Below are positions 53,398-63,199 of a stretch of DNA of 64,000 nucleotides, one piece after another (position 1 is the first letter of the stretch; every line of letters starts with the position of its first letter). A program made the position numbers and the translations under genes. The stretch covers positions 13,592 to 77,591 of the forward strand of contig DVIM01000026.1 in the NCBI GenBank assembly GCA_018711265.1, in the 5' to 3' direction. Source of the DNA: Candidatus Spyradocola merdavium (GTDB taxonomy: Bacteria; Bacillota; Clostridia; Christensenellales; UBA1750). The notes below the pieces were generated by a model. It was not told the DNA's origin and searched no databases. It saw nothing but the letters and a program-made list of their open reading frames with translations.

Positions 53398-54756
53398 CTA
53401 CAGGCGCGAGACGATCTCCTTGAACACGCGGCCGCGCTCCTCATAGTCCTGGAACATGTCGAACGAGGCGCACGCGGGCGAGAGGAGCACGTTCTCCCCC
53501 TCCCTGGCGCAGGACCGCGCAAGGAGCACGGCCTCCTCAAAGGTCTTTGCGTGCAGGATGCTCTCAAAGCCGACCGCGCGCAGCGCCCGCTCGATCTGCT
53601 CGGCCGTATCCCCCAGGACCACGACCGTGTGGATCTTGCTGGCCAGGATCTCGCGCGCCAGCGGCAGGAAGTCCGTGTGCTTGTCGTACCCGCCGGCGAG
53701 CAGGACCGTCGGGGCCTTCATCGCGCGCACCGCGCGGATGGAGGCGTCCACGTTTGTGCCCTTGGAGTCGTTGATGTAGGTCACGCCCTCCACGGTGCGC
53801 ACCGTCTCGATCCGGTGCTCGACGCCGGGGAAGGTCTTGAGCGTGTGGCGCACCACCGGCGCGGGAACCCCCGCCAGCATGGCGAGCGCCGTGGCGGCCA
53901 GGGCGTTTTCCAGGTTGTGCTCGCCGGGGATGCGGATCTCGTCCGCGCGCAGGACGCGCTTCTTGTGCCCATTCAGGGAAAAAACGACCTCCTCGCCCTC
54001 GAGGTATGCGCCCGTCTCCACCTCCTGCCGCCGGGAAAAGAACGCCGGCGCGCAGGGGATGCGCTCGGCCATGCCCCGCACGATGGGATCGTCCAGGTTG
54101 AGGACCGCGTAGTCGCCCTGCCCCATGTTTTCAAAGATACGCTCCTTGACGCGGATGTATTCCTCCATGGTGCCGTGGCGGTTCAAATGGTCCTCCGTGA
54201 TGTTGCACATCACCGCGATGTGCGGGTGGAAGGTTGTGATCGTCTCCAGCTGGAAGGAGGAGACCTCCGCCACCGCGACGTCCTCCTCGCCGCACTGCAG
54301 CGCGCAGGCCGTAAACGGGTAGCCGATGTTGCCAACCACGTAGGTGGTCTTGCCCAGGTTGCGGAAGATTTCCCCGATGAGGGTGGTGGTGGTGGTCTTG
54401 CCGTTTGTGCCCGTCACCGCGTAGAGCGGCGCGCGGGAGACCTGCGCGCCCAGCTCCAGCTCGCCGATGAGCGGGACGCCCGCGGCCTGCACCGCGCGCA
54501 GGATCGGCGCCTGCATGGGGATGCCGGGGCTCGTCACGGCAAGGTCGTAGGACTCCAGGTCCGCGGGCTGGGCCTGGTCCCCCAGGCAGCGGCGGATGTC
54601 CATGCCCTCCAGGGGCTGGAGCGCCTCTGCGAGCTTCTCCTCCGCCTTGCTGTCGGAGATGGTCACGCGCGCGCCCAGCTCGTAGAGGCACTGCGCCGCG
54701 CTCACGCCGGAGCGCGCCATGCCGCACACCAGGACTTTTTTTCCTTCAAAATTCAC
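53398..54756 (-). CDS. murD: UDP-N-acetylmuramoylalanine--D-glutamate ligase
   Basis: VTGTNGKTTTTTLIGEI P-loop. N-terminal Rossmann motif GMARSG. Confidence 0.94.
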   Translation of the reverse strand: MNFEGKKVLVCGMARSGVSAAQCLYELGARVTISDSKAEEKLAEALQPLEGMDIRRCLGDQAQPADLESYDLAVTSPGIPMQAPILRAVQAAGVPLIGELELGAQVSRAPLYAVTGTNGKTTTTTLIGEIFRNLGKTTYVVGNIGYPFTACALQCGEEDVAVAEVSSFQLETITTFHPHIAVMCNITEDHLNRHGTMEEYIRVKERIFENMGQGDYAVLNLDDPIVRGMAERIPCAPAFFSRRQEVETGAYLEGEEVVFSLNGHKKRVLRADEIRIPGEHNLENALAATALAMLAGVPAPVVRHTLKTFPGVEHRIETVRTVEGVTYINDSKGTNVDASIRAVRAMKAPTVLLAGGYDKHTDFLPLAREILASKIHTVVVLGDTAEQIERALRAVGFESILHAKTFEEAVLLARSCAREGENVLLSPACASFDMFQDYEERGRVFKEIVSRL

Positions 54757-54790
54757 GTCTGTTCACCGCCTGTTCTTTGTTTTTTCCGTC

Positions 54791-55780
54791 TTAGAGCGTC
54801 GTGGAGAGCAGGCCCACGGCGCAGGCTGCGATCGTGATGAGCGCAAACACCAGAACGATCTTCCGCTCGGAGACGCCGCTCATCTCAAAGTGATGGTGCA
54901 GCGGGGCCATGCGCAGGAGCCGCCGGTGCCGGTACTTGATGGAGAGGATCTGCAGGATGTCCGAAAGGCTCTCCGCCACGTACATCACGCCCATCACGAG
55001 GATGAGCAGCGGCTGCCGGAGCAGGAGCGAGGCCATCACATACGCCCCGCCCAGACCGAAGGACCCCGTATCCCCCATGAACACGCGCGCCGGGTAGGCG
55101 TTGAACCGCAAAAAGCCCAGGCACGCGCCCGCCGTCGCCGCGCAGAGGACGGACATGGCGCCCGCGGCCTGCGCGTCCACGCCGGCGCTCTGCGCAAAGA
55201 GCGCGACAAGGCCCAGGGCCACCATCACGATCATCGTAACGGTCGAGAGCAGTCCGTCCACGCCGTCCATGAGGTTGACGGAGTTGGTCGTGGCCACGAT
55301 GGTAAACACCGCAAAGGGGATGTACCAAATGCCAAGGTCCCACTGGATGTCCGTAAAGGGGATGTAGATCTTGCTGCCCACGTAGGGGCTAAAGTAGCAG
55401 AACAGCGCCGCCGCCAGGGCGAGGAGCACCTGCAGGGCGATCTTCTGCTTGGCGGAGAGCCCCTCCGGCCGCTTGCGCACGGCCTTGATAAAGTCGTCCA
55501 GGAACCCGATGCCCCCGAACCCCAGCGCGAAGAGCACCGCGGGCAGCATCAGGCTCCAGCGCGTCTGCGCCGGGGAAAAGACCAGCGCGGCCAGGGCCAG
55601 GGCGGCAAGGATCATGATGCCGCCCATGATCGGGGTTCCGGTCTTCTTGTTGTGCGTTTCCAGGCCATAGTTGCGCTCCGTCGCGCCAAAGTTCAGGCGC
55701 CTGAGCTTCTCGATGACGAACGGCCCCATCGCCAGCACCGCCAGAAAGGCGACCAGCAGGGCAAAGACCATGCTTTGCAT
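54791..55780 (-). CDS. mraY: phospho-N-acetylmuramoyl-pentapeptide transferase
   Basis: Polytopic protein with KKTGTPIMGG, NSVNLMDGVDGL and PLHHHFE. Confidence 0.95.
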   Translation of the reverse strand: MQSMVFALLVAFLAVLAMGPFVIEKLRRLNFGATERNYGLETHNKKTGTPIMGGIMILAALALAALVFSPAQTRWSLMLPAVLFALGFGGIGFLDDFIKAVRKRPEGLSAKQKIALQVLLALAAALFCYFSPYVGSKIYIPFTDIQWDLGIWYIPFAVFTIVATTNSVNLMDGVDGLLSTVTMIVMVALGLVALFAQSAGVDAQAAGAMSVLCAATAGACLGFLRFNAYPARVFMGDTGSFGLGGAYVMASLLLRQPLLILVMGVMYVAESLSDILQILSIKYRHRRLLRMAPLHHHFEMSGVSERKIVLVFALITIAACAVGLLSTTL

Positions 55781-55806
55781 ACGGCTTCATCCTTTATGTT
55801 GTATTC

Positions 55807-57255
55807 TCACTCCACAAGCTCCATCTCGCTGAGCAGTTCGCGCACGACGACCTTCTCGTCAAAGGGCAGCTTCCTGCCGCCGATGTCCTGATAGGTCTCG
55901 TGCCCCTTTCCGGCCAGGACGATCACGTCCCCGGGCTTGCCCATCTGCATGGCGAAGCGGATGGCCTCGCGCCGGTTTTCGATCACCGTGTAGGGCGCGC
56001 CCGTGGGCTGGATGCCCGCCTCGATCTCCCGCAGGATCTCCATCGGGTCCTCCAGGCGCGGGTTGTCGCTGGTCAGGATGGAATAGTCCGCAAGGCGCCC
56101 GCTGATCTCGCCCATGATGGGGCGCTTTTCCTTGTCGCGGCCGCCGCCGCAGCCGAACACGCAGATGAGCCGGCCCTTTGTGAACTCGCGGATGGTCTTC
56201 AGGATGCTCTCCAGCGAAGCCGGACTGTGGGCATAGTCCAGGATCACCCGGTAGGGCGTGTGCGTGGGCAGGGGCTCGATGCGGCCCGGCACGACCGTCA
56301 CGCTCTCCAGGCCCGCCTTGACGTCCGTGGGGCGCATGCCCATCTCCAGGCACGCCACCGCCGCGGCCATGCTGTTGTAGACGTTGAAGATGCCGGAGAT
56401 GTGCAGGTGCAGCGGGATGCGCACGTCGCGCCAGCTCAGGACGTAGCTGACGCCGCTTTCGTGGATCTCGATGTCGTTGGCATAGGCGTCCGCCGGCATG
56501 GAGACGCCGAACGTCGTCGCGGGCACGCGGCCCAGCATGTGCTTTCCGGCCTCGTCGTCGGCATTGACGACCGCGTGGCCGATGTAGAAGGGGTCAAAGA
56601 ACTTCTCCTTGGCCTTTCGATAGGTTTCCATGGTGCCAAAGTAGTCCAGGTGGTCCTGGGAGAAGTTCGTGAACACGCCCTGTTCAAACTTCATGCCGAC
56701 GAGCTTGCGCAGGTCCAGCGCGTGGGCCGAAACCTCCATCACGAAGAAGTCGCACCCCGCGTCGCGCATGCGGGCGAGCAGGGCCTGCTCGTCGATGGGG
56801 TCCGGGGTGGTCAGGTTGGAGGGCTCCTCCTCTTCGTCGATGTAGGTGCACACCGTGCCCATCAGACCCACCTTGTGCCCCGCCTGCCGCGCGATGGCCC
56901 GCACGAGGAAGGAGGTCGTCGTCTTCCCCTTTGTCCCGGTGATGCCCACGCCCCGCATGCCGCGGGAGGGATAGCCGTAGAAGCACTGCGCCATGTAGCT
57001 CATGGCCGCGCGCGCGTCCGCCACCCGCACCTGGGGCAGGTCCACCGGCAGGCGGCGCTCCACGACCAGGGCTGCGGCGCCCTTTTCCGCCACCTGCTGG
57101 GCAAAGCTGTGGCCGTCCACGCGCAGGCCCGGTAGGCAGAAGTACAGGTCCCCCGCCTTCACCTTTCTCGAGTCGCAGGCAAGGCCCGCGATTTCGGCCT
57201 CCCCAAATACCTCCGGGCTGTCCGGCAGGCTGCTTGCAAGCTGAGTCAGTTTCAA
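55807..57255 (-). CDS. murE: UDP-MurNAc-L-Ala-D-Glu--2,6-diaminopimelate ligase
   Basis: GITGTKGKTTTSFL P-loop. The DNPR motif (TSDNPRLEDP) is the meso-DAP-type hallmark. Confidence 0.93.
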   Translation of the reverse strand: MKLTQLASSLPDSPEVFGEAEIAGLACDSRKVKAGDLYFCLPGLRVDGHSFAQQVAEKGAAALVVERRLPVDLPQVRVADARAAMSYMAQCFYGYPSRGMRGVGITGTKGKTTTSFLVRAIARQAGHKVGLMGTVCTYIDEEEEPSNLTTPDPIDEQALLARMRDAGCDFFVMEVSAHALDLRKLVGMKFEQGVFTNFSQDHLDYFGTMETYRKAKEKFFDPFYIGHAVVNADDEAGKHMLGRVPATTFGVSMPADAYANDIEIHESGVSYVLSWRDVRIPLHLHISGIFNVYNSMAAAVACLEMGMRPTDVKAGLESVTVVPGRIEPLPTHTPYRVILDYAHSPASLESILKTIREFTKGRLICVFGCGGGRDKEKRPIMGEISGRLADYSILTSDNPRLEDPMEILREIEAGIQPTGAPYTVIENRREAIRFAMQMGKPGDVIVLAGKGHETYQDIGGRKLPFDEKVVVRELLSEMELVE

Positions 57256-57323
57256 GTGTGTTCCTCTCCTTTATGCTCTGGTCCTCTCATCGGGTTTTCT
57301 CTTCTCTTTTTCTGCGCCGATTC

Positions 57324-59468
57324 CTACTCAAAGGTGACCACGACCTCGGTTCCGGCCGCGACGCGCTCGCCGGGCTCCGGGTCCTGGGACACGCAGATGC
57401 CGCTGCCGTCGATCTTCATCGTCAGGCCGACCTCGCGCAGTTCGCGGTTGGCCGGCACCAGGGACAGGCCCGTCAGGTCCGGCACATCCACAAGGCCGTC
57501 GTCCTGGGGCTCCACGTACTCGGTGTAGAGCACGACGAGCGAGCCCTCCGGCACCTCGGCGCCCGCGGCGGGGAGCTGTCCTTCGATCGTCTGCCCCAGG
57601 CCGGAGACCATGACGCGCAGGCCCGCGTTGTTCATGGCGGCGCTGGCGGACTCGACCGTGCTGCCCGTGACGCCCGGCACCTCGACGGTGCTGCCGGCCA
57701 GCTCCTCCTCGCCCTCCTCGTACTCGGGCTCGACCCCCAGGTACTTGAGCGTCTCCTCCAGGATCATGCGCGCGTAGGGCGCGGCCACGGTGGAGCCGTA
57801 GTCCGGGCGGACGCTCGGCTCATCCACGATGAACAGCAGGCCGATCTCCGGGTCGTCCATGGGCGCAAAGCCCAGGAAGGAGCAGACGTGCAGGTCGTTG
57901 GAGACCTTGCCGTTGACGTACTTCTGCGCGGTGCCGGTCTTGCCGCCGACGCGGTATCCGGGGATGTAGGCGTTGCGGCCGCCGCCGTTTTCCACGGCGT
58001 TCTCCAGCAGGTCGCGCATGATGGCGGAGGTCTGCTCGGAGATGGGGGTGCCCAGGACCTCCTTGCCGTAGCTCTCGACCACTTCGCCCTCGTCCGTCAG
58101 GATCTCCTTGACGATGTGGGGCTTGAGCAGCTCGCCGCCGTTGACCGCGGCGCTGCACGCGGTCAAAAGCTGCACGGGCGAGACGGAGACGCTCTGGCCG
58201 AAGGCCACGCGGGCGATGTCCACGTCCTTTACATATTTATAGGCGATCATCTGCCCGCTCGTGGCGCCGGGGAGGTCGATGGGGACCTCCATGCCGATGC
58301 CGAAGTCGTGCAGCCCGTCGTAGAAGGTGTCGATGCCCATGCGCAGCGCCAGCTCCACGAACACGGGGTTGCAGGAGTTGGCCACCGCGTCCACCAGCGT
58401 CTCGGACCCATGGGGGTTGCCCGTGCGCCAGCAGGAGATCTTGTCGCCGTCGACGATGGTGTATCCCTTGCAGTAGAAGGTGTCGTCCATGCTGGTGACG
58501 CCGTTCTCCAGCGCAAGGGCCGTCGTCAGGATCTTGAAGGTGGAGCCGGGTTCATAGGCGTCCTGCACGCAGGAGTTGCGCATCAGGGCGGACAGCTCCG
58601 TCAGGTCGTCGCGCGGCGGGTCGTTCAGGTCGAAGTCCGGCTTGTTGACCATGCCCAGGATCTCGCCGGTCTTGACGTTCATCATCACGACCTGCACGCC
58701 CTGGGCGCCCGTCTCCTCCAGCGCCTGCTCGGCCACGCTCTCCATGACGGATTGGATGACGTAGTCCACCGTCAGGCGAACGGTGTACCCGTTTTCGGGC
58801 GGGATGTACTCCTCCTCGCCCGTCTCCATCCGGCGCGCGCCCGCGTCGATCTCGGTCACGACGCGCCCGTCCGTTCCGCGCAGGTACTCGTCCAGGCTCT
58901 TTTCCAGCCCTTCCTGCCCTTCGCCCGAGACCGTGCAGAACCCCAGCACCTGCGTCAGGAACGCGCCCATCGGGTAGACGCGGACCGTGTCCTCGCTCAC
59001 GGAGATGCCCTGCAGGTTTGCGGCCTCCACCTGGTCGCCCAGCTCGATCTTGACCTGGCGCGCCAGGCGCACGCTGTTCTGCTCGGTGTCGGTGATCTTG
59101 TCGTAGACCTCCTGCGCGTCCAGGTCGAGGATGTTGGCCAGCGTCTGCGCGGTGCTGCGGATGCGCAGCTCCTTGTCCGCAGCGTCCTCGCTGTCTTCGC
59201 CCAAGACGTCCTTGGGCGATGCGGTGATGGTCACTGAGCTTGCCGACTGCGCCAGCACCTTGCCGTTGACGTCCACGATCTCCCCGCGCTTGGCGGTAAC
59301 CGTAAACGACCGCGTCCACTGCGAGAGCGCGCGGCTCTGCAGGTTCGCGCCGTCGATGATCTGGATGTAGAAGAGGCGCGAAACCATGACCACAAAACAA
59401 AGAACAACAAGACAAAAGAGCCAGCCAATCCGGTTCTTCGTCTTGTCGGTAGGGGACGTATTCGGCAT
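57324..59468 (-). CDS. spoVD: class B PBP of the SpoVD/FtsI type with two C-terminal PASTA domains
   Basis: TM segment, EPGSTFK (SxxK), KTGTAQ, then two PASTA-like repeats. Its position is between ftsL and murE. Confidence 0.9.
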   Translation of the reverse strand: MPNTSPTDKTKNRIGWLFCLVVLCFVVMVSRLFYIQIIDGANLQSRALSQWTRSFTVTAKRGEIVDVNGKVLAQSASSVTITASPKDVLGEDSEDAADKELRIRSTAQTLANILDLDAQEVYDKITDTEQNSVRLARQVKIELGDQVEAANLQGISVSEDTVRVYPMGAFLTQVLGFCTVSGEGQEGLEKSLDEYLRGTDGRVVTEIDAGARRMETGEEEYIPPENGYTVRLTVDYVIQSVMESVAEQALEETGAQGVQVVMMNVKTGEILGMVNKPDFDLNDPPRDDLTELSALMRNSCVQDAYEPGSTFKILTTALALENGVTSMDDTFYCKGYTIVDGDKISCWRTGNPHGSETLVDAVANSCNPVFVELALRMGIDTFYDGLHDFGIGMEVPIDLPGATSGQMIAYKYVKDVDIARVAFGQSVSVSPVQLLTACSAAVNGGELLKPHIVKEILTDEGEVVESYGKEVLGTPISEQTSAIMRDLLENAVENGGGRNAYIPGYRVGGKTGTAQKYVNGKVSNDLHVCSFLGFAPMDDPEIGLLFIVDEPSVRPDYGSTVAAPYARMILEETLKYLGVEPEYEEGEEELAGSTVEVPGVTGSTVESASAAMNNAGLRVMVSGLGQTIEGQLPAAGAEVPEGSLVVLYTEYVEPQDDGLVDVPDLTGLSLVPANRELREVGLTMKIDGSGICVSQDPEPGERVAAGTEVVVTFE

Positions 59469-59567
59469 GCAGGGGTTTCTCCTTTCCGCAGGACTGCTCG
59501 CACCTCTTTCTCTTTTTCTATCGATCGGGCGAAACGGGGGTCTTTTTTCTGCGATGCGCCGCCGCCG

Positions 59568-60227
59568 TCAGGGCAGGGCGACGACGCGCGTGTCTTCCTT
59601 TTTTGCGTAATCCATATGCAGGTTTTCCCGGGCGTAGTCCTGAATCTTGCTGATGTCGCCCTGCATGTTGATCTCCACCTGCAGCTCTTCCAGGCGCCTC
59701 TGCTGATCCTCGATCTGCGCGGTGAGGGCGCGCTGCTCGACGACCATGTTCTCCAGCTGCACGTAGCGCAGCAGCAGCGTGTAGATGCCGCCGGCCACGG
59801 CCAGCACCGCCACGATGCCCACCGCGGCAAACAGCGCCTGCACGCGGTGCTGACGGCGGCGAGCCTCCTCCACCTCGGCCTCCGCCCGCTCGCGCGCCTC
59901 CTGCTCGCGGCGCTGGCGCTCGGCCTCTGCGCGCTGCCAGGCGTGGCGCTGCACGGTGCGGTGGTTGACCTCGGCGTGGGTGAGCCGCTGGGTCGCGGGC
60001 TCGGGGTCGTAATAGGCGCGCGTGGGCTCGGCGCGGCGGCGGTCCTGGCGGGACCGCGTGTCCTGCGTCGGCTCCTCCCGGCGGGGACGGCGCTGCCGCT
60101 CCTCGCGCCGGTCGGGCGCGCGGCGGGTGGCCGGCTCCTCCGCCGCGCGAGCGCTGCGGCGCACGGTGCTCCCGGCTACGTAGTAGTCATCGGCATCCAG
60201 GCCCGGGGTTCTCTTGTGCACCGGCAT
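59568..60227 (-). CDS. ftsL: FtsL-type septum formation initiator with a ~130-aa Arg/Glu-rich N-terminal extension
   Basis: Single TM ALFAAVGIVAVLAVAGGIYTLLL followed by the coiled coil LENMVVEQRALTAQIEDQQRRLEELQ. Its position is between rsmH and the PBP gene. Confidence 0.8.
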   Translation of the reverse strand: MPVHKRTPGLDADDYYVAGSTVRRSARAAEEPATRRAPDRREERQRRPRREEPTQDTRSRQDRRRAEPTRAYYDPEPATQRLTHAEVNHRTVQRHAWQRAEAERQRREQEARERAEAEVEEARRRQHRVQALFAAVGIVAVLAVAGGIYTLLLRYVQLENMVVEQRALTAQIEDQQRRLEELQVEINMQGDISKIQDYARENLHMDYAKKEDTRVVALP

Positions 60228-60270
60228 GGCAACGTCCTCCTTACTTTAACGATAGCGGGTATCGATTGTT

Positions 60271-61215
60271 TCAAATTTCCAGCGGTCCCTCGCCCCGCTC
60301 AAAGGCGCGGACCTTGGCGCTGTGGGCGCGCCGGTTCTGCTCGCACTCCTCCGCGCTCGGCAAAACGGGCTTGCGCGTGACGATGCGCCCGGCGCTCTTC
60401 TTGCCGCAGACGCACACCGGGCTCTTCGGCGGGCAGGTGCAGGGGTTCTGCATCGTCTGGAACGCGCGCTTGACGGCCCGGTCCTCCAGGGAGTGGAAGG
60501 TGATGACCACGAGCCGCCCGCCGGGCTTCAGGCACGCGAGCGCGTCGCGCAGCGCGCCGGGCAGGAGCGACAATTCGGAATTGACCTCGATGCGGATGGC
60601 CTGGAACGTGCGCCGCGCGGGGTGGGAAACCTCCCGCCGCGCCGCGGCCGGCACCGCCGCGTCGATGACGCGCACCAGGTCCATCGTCGTGCGCAGGGGC
60701 CGCGCCTCCACGATGAACTTGGCGATGCGCGCGGCCCACTTCTCCTCCCCGTACTCCCACAGGATTCTCGCGATCTCCTTTTCCGGGTAGGTGTTGAGCA
60801 CGACCTCCGCCGTGAGGGGCGCGCTCTGGTCCATGCGCATGTCCAGCGGCGCGTCGTGGTGGAAGGAGAATCCCCGCTCCGGGTTGTCCAGCTGGTAGGA
60901 GGACACGCCCAGGTCCATCAGCACGCCGTCGACCTTGTCCACCCCGACGGACTGCAAAAGCGAAATGATGTTCGCATAGTTTCCGTGGAGGGAGCAGAAC
61001 CGGTCGCCAAAGGCGGCCAGCCGCTCGCCGGCTGCCCGCAGCGCATCTGTGTCCCGATCGATCCCGATGACCCTGCCGCGCGTGCGGGCGAGGATCTCCG
61101 CCGTGTGCCCCCCGCCGCCGAGCGTCGCGTCGACGAACACGCCCTCCGGCCGCTGCGCGAGGTTGAGCAGCTCCATGCACGGCTCCAGCAGGACGGGAAT
61201 ATGTGCAAAATCCAT
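60271..61215 (-). CDS. rsmH: 16S rRNA (cytosine1402-N4)-methyltransferase
   Basis: HIPVLLEP..DATLGGGGHT..DLGVSSYQLD is typical RsmH/MraW. Confidence 0.95.
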   Translation of the reverse strand: MDFAHIPVLLEPCMELLNLAQRPEGVFVDATLGGGGHTAEILARTRGRVIGIDRDTDALRAAGERLAAFGDRFCSLHGNYANIISLLQSVGVDKVDGVLMDLGVSSYQLDNPERGFSFHHDAPLDMRMDQSAPLTAEVVLNTYPEKEIARILWEYGEEKWAARIAKFIVEARPLRTTMDLVRVIDAAVPAAARREVSHPARRTFQAIRIEVNSELSLLPGALRDALACLKPGGRLVVITFHSLEDRAVKRAFQTMQNPCTCPPKSPVCVCGKKSAGRIVTRKPVLPSAEECEQNRRAHSAKVRAFERGEGPLEI

Positions 61216-61611
61216 TTAGGTCTCCTCAATGAAGCGGAAGAACGCGTCCCGGTTCCAGACCTCCACGTGGCGGCCCGCGCCGGAGACGACGACGTCCTTT
61301 TCCAAGCCGGCGTACTGCCGCATGGTGGTGGGGATGAGCAGCCGCCCCTGGCGGTCCATCTCGTTGTCGTCCACGGAGGTGGCCAGCAGCTTTCGCATCT
61401 GGTCGTAGGCCTCCCCGTCGCTCTCCTCGATCTTCTCGAACTTTTCATAGACGGCGTTCCACTCCGAGAGGGAGTAGAGGCAGATGCAGTTGTTCCGGCC
61501 GCGCATCATGGCGATGGTCTTGCCCAACTGCTCGCGGAACTTGGAGGGGATGGTGATGCGTCCCTTGGGGTCGAGGCTGTGCTCGTAATACCCGGAATAC
61601 CGGTCTGCCAC
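61216..61611 (-). CDS. mraZ: division/cell wall cluster transcriptional regulator MraZ
   Basis: GTG 61611 with an AGGAGGGGGA RBS. YEHSLDPKGRITIP and MDRQGRLLIP are the two SpoVT-AbrB repeats. Confidence 0.9.
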   Translation of the reverse strand: MADRYSGYYEHSLDPKGRITIPSKFREQLGKTIAMMRGRNNCICLYSLSEWNAVYEKFEKIEESDGEAYDQMRKLLATSVDDNEMDRQGRLLIPTTMRQYAGLEKDVVVSGAGRHVEVWNRDAFFRFIEET

Positions 61612-61674
61612 GGGACTCCCCCTCCTTTCTCTGGGCGCTTCGCCCACATTCGCTGCCATTTCAGGGAGCGTCCT

Positions 61675-61719
61675 CCACGTTCTGCCACGACGCTCCACTT
61701 GGATGTATATATTCTCCAC
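61675..61719 (-). promoter_or_regulatory. candidate MraZ operator: GTGG direct repeats with 10-bp periodicity
   Basis: Minus strand: GTGGAGCGTC GTGGCAGAAC GTGGAGG (exact 10-nt register) plus a fourth GGTGGAG 21 nt upstream. An AT-rich TATATA element lies between them. The repeats sit 64 nt upstream of the mraZ start. Confidence 0.55.
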
Positions 61720-61962
61720 CCCGCCGCGTTTTCCTTCCCGAATTTCTGGAAGGGCGCAAAAAAACAGATGGAAAATTTCGACAAAAAGCTGCCTTAGGCG
61801 TTTTTCCCCCCTTCCGCCGTGCATTTCGCGCTCCATTTAGGGAAAACACGTTCGTTTTTCCTGCTTTTTCTCCTGGTGGACCGCGCGCCCGGAATCCCCT
61901 GTCCGCCATTCAAGATCTTGCCGCTCCATGAAACCCCGGTGAATCAAAACCGCTCCGCGGGC

Positions 61963-62011
61963 AAAAAAACGGGGACTGTCCGCGGCTTTTCGCGAACAGT
62001 CCCCGTTTTTC
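61963..62011. terminator. bidirectional terminator after the metallophosphoesterase gene
   Basis: A7-ACGGGGACTGT..ACAGTCCCCGT-T5. Confidence 0.8.
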
Positions 62012-62040
62012 TTTGCTTGTATCCTGCGGCGCTGGAAGAT

Positions 62041-62754
62041 TCACGCGCCGGCGAGCGCCTCGCCCCGCGCGATCTCCCGCAGCCGGAAGCCCAGCCCGTC
62101 GCAGGAGACCTGGTGGTAGACCACGCCGTTCCGCTCCCCCGAAAACGCGCCGCGGAGCCCCTCGGCGTGGAGGTGGCCGTAGACGCAGTGGCGGACGCCG
62201 TAGCGCTCCAGCAGCTGCGTAAACTCGCTGTCCTCCTGCCGCTCGTTGAAGGGCGGGTAGTGCAGCATCGCCACGATGGGGAGCCCCGGACCCTTGCGCG
62301 CGGCGTCCTGCAGGGAGAGCTCCAGGCGCAGCACCTCGCGGCGGTAGATCTTGAGATCCTGCGCGCTGGAGGCAGGCGTGGCGATGGTCCAGCCGCGCGT
62401 TCCGGCAAAGGCGATGCCCTGCAGAACCCGGGCGTCGTTCTGCAGGGCGTAGTTTCCCTCCGGCAGCAGGGCGCGCACGCGCGTGAGGGAGGACCACCAG
62501 TAGTCGTGGTTTCCGCGCAGGAGGAGCTTCTGTCCCGGCAGCGCGCAGATGGCGGCGATGTCCTGCGCCGCCTCCTCCAGCGTCATGGCCCAGGAAAGGT
62601 CTCCGGGCAGCAGCACCACGTCCTCCGGCAGGACGCGCGCGCGCCAGTCCTCGCAGATCTTCTCAAAGTGCCTCTCCCAATGCGCGCCGAAGACATCCAT
62701 GGGTTTTCCCTGGCTTCCGGGCAGGTGGAGGTCTCCGATCGCAAACACGCGCAT
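62041..62754 (-). CDS. calcineurin-like metallophosphoesterase
   Basis: MRVFAIGDLHLP.., LLPGDLS.., LRGNHDYWW and GHLH motifs. Confidence 0.85.
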   Translation of the reverse strand: MRVFAIGDLHLPGSQGKPMDVFGAHWERHFEKICEDWRARVLPEDVVLLPGDLSWAMTLEEAAQDIAAICALPGQKLLLRGNHDYWWSSLTRVRALLPEGNYALQNDARVLQGIAFAGTRGWTIATPASSAQDLKIYRREVLRLELSLQDAARKGPGLPIVAMLHYPPFNERQEDSEFTQLLERYGVRHCVYGHLHAEGLRGAFSGERNGVVYHQVSCDGLGFRLREIARGEALAGA

Positions 62755-62779
62755 GGGCCCTACGCTCCTTTCCCCGTCC

Positions 62780-63199
62780 TCACTTTCTGCGGACGTCCTC
62801 GGGCTTGTCGTCCTCGGCCTCTTCCTCGTCCTCCAGGTCGTCGTCCATGCCGAGCTCCTTGTGGATCTCGCTGTACTCGTTGGAGGGGATGTCCTCGTCG
62901 ACGTCGATGTCGATCTCCTCCAGCTCGCTCGTGGCCTCCAGGGCGGTCACGTCGCTCTCCTCGGGGACGGTCTCCTCTTCGCCGACGTCCGTGACGACGC
63001 CCTCCTGCAGCTTGAGCTCCTTCAGGCACGCCGCGCACAGCTCCTCGCCGGGCACAACGGGGTGCTCGCCGCAGGCAGAGCACAGCTCCAACTCCTCGTG
63101 CTCGTCTTCTCCCCGCATCTCGCGCTTGCAGACCGAGCAGTAGCGCTCCGTGTCGGGAATGTAGTTCAACTCGCAGCGCGGGCACTTGATGTAACCCAT
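62780..63199 (-). CDS. 139-aa double zinc-ribbon protein with a strongly acidic C-terminal half
   Basis: MGYIKCPRCEL..CSVC..CSACGEH..CAAC, then a tail rich in E and D. GGAGGG RBS upstream of ATG 63199. Confidence 0.65.
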   Translation of the reverse strand: MGYIKCPRCELNYIPDTERYCSVCKREMRGEDEHEELELCSACGEHPVVPGEELCAACLKELKLQEGVVTDVGEEETVPEESDVTALEATSELEEIDIDVDEDIPSNEYSEIHKELGMDDDLEDEEEAEDDKPEDVRRK

